This document shows positions 55,618 to 64,000 of a stretch of DNA of 64,000 bases, piece after piece (within the stretch, counting starts at the first letter, position 1; each line of letters starts with the position of its first letter). The notes under the pieces are model-generated. The model made no database searches. It saw nothing but the letters and a program-made list of their open reading frames with translations, and was not told the origin of the DNA. The translations under genes and the position numbers were made by a program. This DNA is from Octopus vulgaris (taxonomy: Eukaryota), in assembly GCA_951406725.2 (NCBI GenBank), contig OX597827.1, positions 25,792,001 to 25,856,000 on the forward strand, given 5' to 3'.

Positions 55618-57770
55618 ATCTAAACGATCAATAGAGCATTCCATTTCCTTTCAGGCTACAATGCATCTCTCAAATAAATTCATAGATATATTTTCACATC
55701 TTTCATATTTTATCTCTCTCTCTAGAATTATTGCTCACATAACTCACTTATTCTGCAAGTGTCAAATTGCAGAAGTTAAAAAGAAAACATTCGCCTGTCC
55801 ACAAGTGTTTCCTTTTTTATTATAAATCAGCTGAATATTTCATTTACGCTACATATCTGTGGCATCTCAACCTTGATAAATACAGTGACATGATGGTGTT
55901 ATTATCCTTGTTAAACTTTCTGAACAGCAAGCACTGATTTCTGACATTGTATTGTTGCTTAAATGGGACCAGGTGCTGATAGAAGACCCGATCAATAAAT
56001 TTTGATCGATCGTTATCAATATTTGCGAGTTAAAAGTACTTCCACCAGTCTATTCTTTGAGAAACTGAAATATGCAACTTCTCAGATCTGAACATAGTTA
56101 TAGTGATACATATCCTGCTACTGCAACAGTGTCGCAGTAGATGCCTTCTCTGTTCGCTCATTTTGGTGCATGTGCCCAAACTAAAATGCCTAAAATATCG
56201 TAATTTAGTCGTATTGTATCCCCCAAACAAATAAGGCACGTTGAAGTTATTTGGACATTAGAAATACACATGAATAATTATTAGCCATTGCGGACAATTA
56301 GAAGAATGTTTGGACCACTAACAATAGACCTAATGTTACGAGAAAGCATTATCCACACTGGTACGCCATGATGTTTCGGACATTTCTATCGCAACACATA
56401 CAGACGTCGTAGAAATATATCTCCCAAAGTATTTTGACCCCTTTCCGAAGGTACATTTTATAACAGGCTACAACTTCTCGCTTTCTCATAATATGTTTCT
56501 GCTCATACAATTAAACTTTTGTTATATTCTGAACAATCCTAACAAATTCTCCCCGCTCTTCTCCCCCATTATTTATCGCTTTCAACTGATATCGCACTTA
56601 GAGCTCTCCCGAATTTACTTCAAATGAATCTCATGCATCTGATAGTCTCTCAAAGCCAATATCGAATATCGGCATCAACCATATTCAATCTAAATAGTCT
56701 GGTATTTCCTACGGACGCAGTTGTTACTGACTCATTGTTATATCGAAAAAATAATTAAAATTTGCATTAGTGGCCGCATTTCAATTCTCATACCCTTCTA
56801 ACTTGGGATATCTGAGTGGTTTTATGTTTCAGAATTACAATAAATTACTTGTGTACTATAATTTGTGTCGAAAACTGGAGATCTCTAGAAAAAAAATGAT
56901 TTCAAAGTTTGAGGAAATAAATAGTTGCTAGTATGGGTGAGCTTAAAATTCTTTGTCTCAATGTCCGGTATCACATAACTATGATTCGAATATAATGAGA
57001 CATACGGAGGAGCGGATTGTGTGTATGTTTGTATGTGCAGGAGTGTGTGTATGTGGGTGCGTGTGTATACAAGTGTGTGCGTTTTGTACCTGTGATTCAT
57101 GTGGTATTTATTTCTTTATTGCCCAAAAGGTGCTAAAAATAGAGGGGACAAACGAGGACAGACAAAGGGATTAAGGAAATACTTTACATGAAATATTGAG
57201 TAATCCCGTAGTTTAATGCAAAGCTGTTTTATTATAATTCAACATAAAAATAAACATTAATATATGTGTATGTATGTATGTGTGTATGTATATGTACACA
57301 TATTTATTTACATCCTTACACACATTCATACATTCAAACATACAAAACTAAATATATACATACAGGTACACAATATTTTCTTATCCGAAATTCCGAGAAA
57401 GAACTTTTTTCGTGGAGGTTGTCTGTTCGCCAAGATGGAATTTGCGCCGGACTTTATCGTACGCAACCCACAGTAACATTCCCTACACATCTAGCGCCAA
57501 ACATGGCCAGTCACACCCTACACATAGCCACCGCCCATTGTGTGTTAGCGCCATTCCCAGTCAGATATGCTTCTGAGCAGCAGATTTCTCTATGGATAAT
57601 AGTGAGAAGCATAAAAGTTATTTATGGTTATCGGTCGTTAAGTGCATATTTGTGTATATGTTAGTCCAGCATGTAAAATTTGCTGTTAGACGTGTATTTC
57701 GCTGCCTCATCTTAAGACCATCCAGTTATTAGTATAACTACAAAACCTTAAATTCACACACACATACGCG

Positions 57771-57851
<81 letters not shown>

Positions 57852-58120
57852 TCTCTCATGCACACAAACACACAACACATGCATATATAGTTTAACAGTG
57901 ACAGTTGGTAGCTTTGATCATTCGTAGCTACGTTTGGCTTAGAACGGAGCAAGTTCTGTGTGAAAATATTAATTCTGCGAAAGGTTATTAATTTCGTTCT
58001 AGGTAACCATATCTAAATACTTATTTAGGTAATACTCTTCTTACACCCTTGTGCACACACTAACCTCACCATAATATTATTGACGTCGAGACATTCAAAC
58101 CCACCACGTAACATATTTGA

Positions 58121-58182
<62 letters not shown>

Positions 58183-58493
58183 TTTATGTATGTATGTGTG
58201 TATGTATGTATGTATGTATGTATGTATGTATATGTAGGTATATGTATGTATGCATAGTTAATTCGAGGAAGATAAGTTCTCATTGGGGATTATATAATCC
58301 AAGGTATTCTACTGGTTCAATACGTGTCATATAATGATAAAGTCATTTGTATAAGTTTAGGATTATTAATATTGAGGGAAAAACAAGGTAGAGAAAATAT
58401 AGAATAAATGGCTGTAATTACCGATTTATTTTCGTGTTGTAGAAAAAACATTACAAATAATGCCATCAAAAGTAAAGGAAAAAACGTATGAAG

Positions 58494-58573
58494 AACCTAC
58501 ATATATGCTTCTGTGAAATCAATAAGCAAATGGGAATCTCCAAAACATGTTTAATGTCAACTTCTTCAGGGTT
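58494..58573 (-). ncRNA. Degenerate hammerhead motif upstream of a tail ending at a microsatellite
   Basis: aacc-CTGAAGA-...-GAAG(C)ATATAT(G)T-A-ggtt; A15.1>G change and weak stem II. Confidence 0.45.
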
Positions 58574-59324
58574 GACTGCCGGCTGTCACAAATGTAAATC
58601 AATCCAATTTGTTAATCCATTCTCCTTTTCAAAACACTAAATATTTTGTCATCAATGAAATGTCACATTTTGTGCATAAATTAACTTACGTTTTTATTTT
58701 GTTTATATATTTATGTGTATTTCTTTGCAAGGCGCCGAAGCAAAGCTAATATCTATCTATCGATTTACCTATCTATCTACTAATATAAACAAATAACAGA
58801 CGAATACATATATGCATATATGTATAGCTAGATATCTGTGTGAGCGTGGGCGTAGACATATGTGTGAGCGCGTAAACACACACACACACACGCACACATA
58901 AATATACAGACACGCACACGTTCATTATAAACGTAGACAGATTTATGTTAACAAAGTCGGGCAAATTTGATATATTTTAAATTTCCTGTTACATGTTTCA
59001 GTACAGCTTAGGAAATACATATAGAATATACATATTATTATCATAAATAACAATTAGCAATTAATATTATTTACAATAATATTATATTCATTATGAATTT
59101 TCTACACTGTACTGAAACAAGCGTGGCGTGGAAATAAAATGTACAAAATTTCCCAGGATTTGTGTTGCGATATAGTTACTCGTCATATCCTAGTATTCTT
59201 CACAACATTAAACTAGTGCGTAGAATCGCTTGATTTAAACTAAAACATCTACATATATACATTTCATTACTGAAATGTTCAGATGTGCTTTTCGAAGATT
59301 ATAAGCTCTTCTATACATTCATTC

Positions 59325-59605
59325 GAGCCACATGGCCTAGTGGTTAGAGCAGCGGACTCGCGGTCGAGGGATTGCGGGCTCGAATCTCAGTCCGGGCGAT
59401 GTGTGTGTTTATGAGCGAAACACCTAAGCTCCACGCGAATCCGGCAGAAGGTAATGGCGAACTTCTGTTGACTCTTTCGCCACAACTTTCTCTCACTCTT
59501 TCCTGCTGGTCCGTCGCAGGTGGGGAATCTATACGCCAAGAAACCGGGAAATCGGCCCTTATAAGCCAGACATGGCTCGAGAAGGAATAAACAAAAACGT
59601 CTATA
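59325..59605 (+). mobile_element. tRNA-derived SINE family C
   Basis: catggcctagtggttagagcagcggactcgcgg...gggctcgaatctcag. Confidence 0.85.
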
Positions 59606-59696
59606 CATACACACATACATACATACATACATACATACATACATACATACATACATACATACATACATACATACATACATACATACATACATACAT

Positions 59697-60190
59697 TGTT
59701 GTGACAACCTTCGGCCATGATTGACCATGGGATTTCACATAGAATGTTACCCTCTGGGGTACAAGTCTGGACAAGGTTGTTTATGGTAGACCAGCACTCA
59801 CCCATGCATACCAGCTCCGCCTGTCCACCTCACTGATGTTATCCAAGGGAAAGGGAAAGGAGCTCATACAGTTTCGCACCAGTGACTTCGCAGCTCATTT
59901 ATTAACGTGCAAGTGGCTGAGCACTCCACAGACACGTGTACCCTTAACGTAGTTCAAGGTGAGGTTCAGCGTGAAACAGAGTGTGGAAGGGCTGGGCCAT
60001 TGAAATACAAGTGCAACAGAAACAGGAAGAAACAGTGAAAGTTGTGGCGAAGGAGTACAGCAGGGTTCACCACCACCTTCTGCCGGAGCTCGTGGAGCTT
60101 TATAAACACTCAATTCCCAGTCTGAGAATCGAAACTGCGATCCTACAACCGCGCGTCCGCTGCTCTAACCACTGGGCCATTGTGCCTCCA
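59697..60190 (-). mobile_element. SINE with family-C-like tRNA head and longer RTE-like tail
   Basis: tggcccagtggttagagcagcggacgcgcgg head near 60180; bounded by (TACA)n. Confidence 0.7.
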
Positions 60191-60288
60191 CATACATTCA
60201 TACATACATACATACATACATACATACATACATACATACATACATACATACATACATACATACATACATTCATACATGCATACATATA

Positions 60289-60536
60289 CTCTATCCTGAT
60301 TACAAGTTCAAGTTTATACCTGTAATTATTGGGGCATTGGGATATGTAACACACTGCCTAAATACCAATCTTGAGAAATTATGCTTCTCAAAACAAGAAA
60401 GTAGAAAGCTAATTCAAAGACTGTATGTCCAATCCATGACTGGAACTGTAAAAGTCTGTAAAACCTTCCAGAAGTTTAACATTTAAGTATATATGAGCAA
60501 GTCTAGATATGCAACTATATGCATGAGAAGACATAA

Positions 60537-60570
<34 letters not shown>

Positions 60571-60960
60571 CATACATACATACATACATACATACATACA
60601 TACATACATACATACATACATACATACATACAAAAGCATCTACAGTCATAGAGGTCAGCTGTCCTGTTGATGTGAATGCGTCTTTGAAAATCAAAGAGAA
60701 AGACGATTACTATCGACAATTGATTCGAAACCTCCAGCTTCTAAATCTGGAATACGAATTTACATTCATACAAAATATTGGAGCTCTTGGTTTTGTAAGT
60801 GAATGCCGAGCCGTCTCTCTGAATAAGCTTGGATTTTCAGAAAACGAAATCAACCAAATGACTCACACACTGCAAATACAATTTGTAAACGGAGCAGTAA
60901 AACTATGCAAGACTTTTTTTCAGGTTTAAAATGTAAAGTTGCTTTCGTTATCTGTAACTT
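60289..60960 (+). mobile_element. Two tandem R4/Dong-like 3' fragments separated by (TACA)n
   Basis: 60289-60540: LYPDYKFKFIPVIIGALGYV..TGTVKVCKTF. 60632-60960: IEVSCPVDVN..KIKEK..IGALGFV..GAVKLCKTF. Confidence 0.8.
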
Positions 60961-61094
60961 TTCTGTAGCGTTTTGTAGTGCAGTGTATATATCAACATAA
61001 AATGCGAATTCATATTTGTATATGGTTTGCAAGCTTCGTTATGTGAATTTGTTTGTTGAAAGAAATTTTGTAGTGTCTAGGGAGACTCTTCACG

Positions 61095-61330
61095 CCAATA
61101 TAATTAACATAGACACTGGTTAAATTGTACTCATTTATTAGATATCCGCCTTTTTTTCTCAAAGTTACTTCGTTGCTTTTTTGCTACCATTTTGCAATCG
61201 ATAGTCACTTAGTCACTGACTCACTGAGAAAGTTGCAAAAAAGCAACGAAAGAGCTTTGACAAAAAAAGGGGGACAAAATCGGATGTTTAATGAGTGGAA
61301 TTGAACCAGCGTGTGTGTTAATTATATTGG
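61095..61330. mobile_element. Degenerate palindromic MITE-like element
   Basis: ccaatataattaaca..ctggtt.aatt../..aatt.aaccag..tgttaattatattgg, plus inner ttcgttgcttttttgc / gcaaaaaagcaacgaa. Confidence 0.65.
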
Positions 61331-62229
61331 TAAGATGACTCAGCATAGGCAGAACATAAAATGCTAAGATCTACTACAAATATAAAACTTCCCATTTACT
61401 TGAGATATTGCTTCTCTTGGTATCAGGAAAACAATGTAAAATAAATTTAATGCATAATTAATTGTCTTATAATTATATCGCAATGTCAATAGATTTTAAC
61501 TTTAAACGAGGATTTCAAATGAGAGGCTGTTATTATCTTTAGTATCTGCCATATGTTGAGTAAAAATATACTTTGTATATTATATGCCATGTCATACATA
61601 AAACCTGACTTCATAATAATGACTTTCTTTATGAACAGAGAAGAATTGAATTTGTCCTCAGCGTTGTATCGGTAGCCATATTTATGCAGATAAAACAGCA
61701 TGGGTAACGAATATCAACAGCGACGGCTTCATTGCGGTCGTCGTCTCACATGTTAGTGATGTTTAACAATCTTCTTTTAAATCTTTAGCACTCACACCAA
61801 TCTGTCATGACTAGTGGTTATTTATTTACATTGTTTTGAATTAATCCAGCATTATCTCGTTTCTTGAAGAATTTGATAATGTGATTCTTTATTTTTATAA
61901 TAGACATTGCAGGATAGGTGTAAGAGGTCAAATCTGGCCAGTTCAACCATATAACAGCTACAATATTTGTGAGCCGGATACAGTTAAAGGTTCAAATCGC
62001 ACCCAACTTACTCGTAAATATGATGAATACAACGAATCTTGTATTTACTGACATTTATAAATACCATATTGTCACAGCTGCAACACATTTTTTCATTGTT
62101 CTGCAGCATCAGAAGGCAATATCGGCTAAGTATTTTATATTCTAGATGGTGGCTCAACGAAACATGTGTTTTTACTTGCGATATAGAATCATTTGTGACT
62201 AAAGAATATAACATTTGTTTTAAAGAGTA

Positions 62230-63460
62230 TACGTGGTCTGATAGATAAGTATCTGGACTATTGCCATAGTAACGAAGCTAAAGCAAGCAGAGTGAAACCG
62301 CTTCACACAGATTGCGCTTGAACTCCGCTGTGCATGTGCACTAAGTTTTTAACGTTCTAGCTCACGTTCGCTGTTTACAGAAGTGCTTGGAAGGAAGGTG
62401 TGTAGCGTGTGATCGTCGCATTGACCGTGACAGAGAAAGTTGAGCAGAGAATCTGTATCAATTTTTGCCAAAAGCTTGGTGATACCTGCAGAAAGTGTAT
62501 AGAAAGGATTGTATGAATGTTTCAGGTGTTTGCAAGATGGTCGCAAAATTTCGATAGTGACGAACGTTCTGGAAGGCCTGCTACCAGCAGAACTGAGAAA
62601 AACATCGCAAATGTACGTACAGCTGTGGGGGTAAATCATCGAATAACCATCCGTCAGTTATTATTGAAGTACAGATTAGTTACGGTTCCGTCCAGTCCAT
62701 TATCATTGAAGATTTGTGTATGAGACGCGTATCTGCCGAATTTGTGACAAAACTGCTTTCAGCTGACCAAAAAGCCACTCGGGTTTCAGTTGCACAAGAT
62801 CTCCTTGACTAAGTCGAGAATAATGAAAACTGTTTGAAAACGGTCAAAACGGGTGATGAATCGTGGGTCGATGTCTATGATCCGGACACAAAGGCTCAGT
62901 CTTCGCAGTGGAAGACCCCAACGTCATTGAGACCGTAGAATGCACGAATGAATCGAAGCAATATGAAGACACTGTTGACTGTTTTCTTCAACTACAAAGG
63001 GAATGTTCATCGTGAGTGTGCTCCTCCTGGTCAGACAGGGAAGAAGTGCTACTGTGACGTTTTGCAGCGTTTGCGGGTTGCTATTCAACGGAAAAAGCCA
63101 CAACCGGCGCATGCGTCCCGTGAGTGTCAATTGCATCGTGACAACGCATCTGCCTATTCAGCACAGCTTGTAGAGAATTTTATGGCTAGGCACAGCATTC
63201 TCCATGAACGAAAGGCGCCGTGTTCCTCACATCTCATCTCTTTCTAATTTTTCCTCTTACCAAAAAGCAATGCGACGATCACGCGCTACACACCTTCCTT
63301 CTGAGCACTGCTATAAACAGGGAAAGTGAGGTAGAACATTAAAACCTAGTGCACATGGAGAGCAGAGTGCAAGGTCAATCTGTGCCAAGCACCTTCACGC
63401 TGCATGTTTTAGCTTTCACACTATGGCAACAATCCTGATACTTATTGATCAGCCCACGTA
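62230..63460 (+). mobile_element. Mariner element with ~190 bp TIRs and a degenerate transposase
   Basis: TIRs 62230-62423 and 63268-63460 with TA ends. Motifs EQRICINFC, DERSGRP, VSAEFVTKLL, KTGDESWV, LHRDNASAY, and a degenerate YSPDL. Confidence 0.9.
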
Positions 63461-63925
63461 TTGTATGATATACAGCAAGCAACTGCTTCCCTTTTGACTG
63501 TATTGTAGTTTGTAGCTGAACTGATCACTTAATTTCACTGAGAGTTAATTGAAATTAGTGAATAAAACGAATAGGTGGGTTGACTTTAATTGGAATATAT
63601 TACAATTTGAGATTCCACAGATATCTATTGTAGTTAATGATCCCACAAGACGTTTTTACTCATAGAGAATTGCAATTTGTGACTAAAACAACAACAGTTT
63701 TAGGACAGCCAAAACATTTGTTCTAACTAAGTTTTATATTGTAGTTTCTTATATGCACATTCAGCTGGAATCTTCGTACCAAATCTATCGTCCCTTTCAT
63801 TTATTAATCATAATAATGAAGTAGATCCAGTGTAGATTATATTGTTACTGTGGATGACATCAGGTAGCCCAAACGGTGAATGAGCTTTAATCGACATACT
63901 AATAGACATATGCTCGAAGCCTAAG

Positions 63926-63970
<45 letters not shown>

Positions 63971-64000
63971 ATACATATTGTTGTTGGCATCCTTTTTGTC

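Noticed and set aside
59325-59400. tRNA gene
   Set aside because: The A/B boxes belong to a SINE head that continues into a repeated body; no complete cloverleaf.
61775-61995. Possible piggyBac-type MITE
   Set aside because: Termini too degenerate to confirm TIRs or TTAA sites.

Overview
AT-rich, microsatellite-dense animal DNA. The repeat content looks like a cephalopod (Octopus-type) intergenic or intronic region, which is an inference. I find no supportable host protein-coding gene; nearly all ORFs in the track are translated microsatellites. The window is a patchwork of mobile elements: an IR/DR-type Tc1 element, a mariner with long TIRs, a DD37D/maT remnant, a hATm-like remnant, a probable non-autonomous Helitron, MITEs, RTE and R4/Dong-like (RLE) LINE fragments, several tRNA-derived SINE families, and Penelope-like element (PLE) sequences. 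The most striking signal is a recurring architecture seen five times at sizes from 150 bp to 3.1 kb: (TA)n - inverted copy - forward copy - unduplicated 45-75 nt 3' tail - (TA)n. The largest example is a ~99.6% identical head-to-head palindrome of a PLE RT/GIY-YIG ORF. These units and related tails carry type I hammerhead ribozyme motifs with palindromic stem III. Two motifs have a canonical core (8112-8221, 48462-48544), and two units share an atypical CCGANGA...GAAACTCAGAGT core. There are also three insertions that appear to have been copied from nearby DNA.
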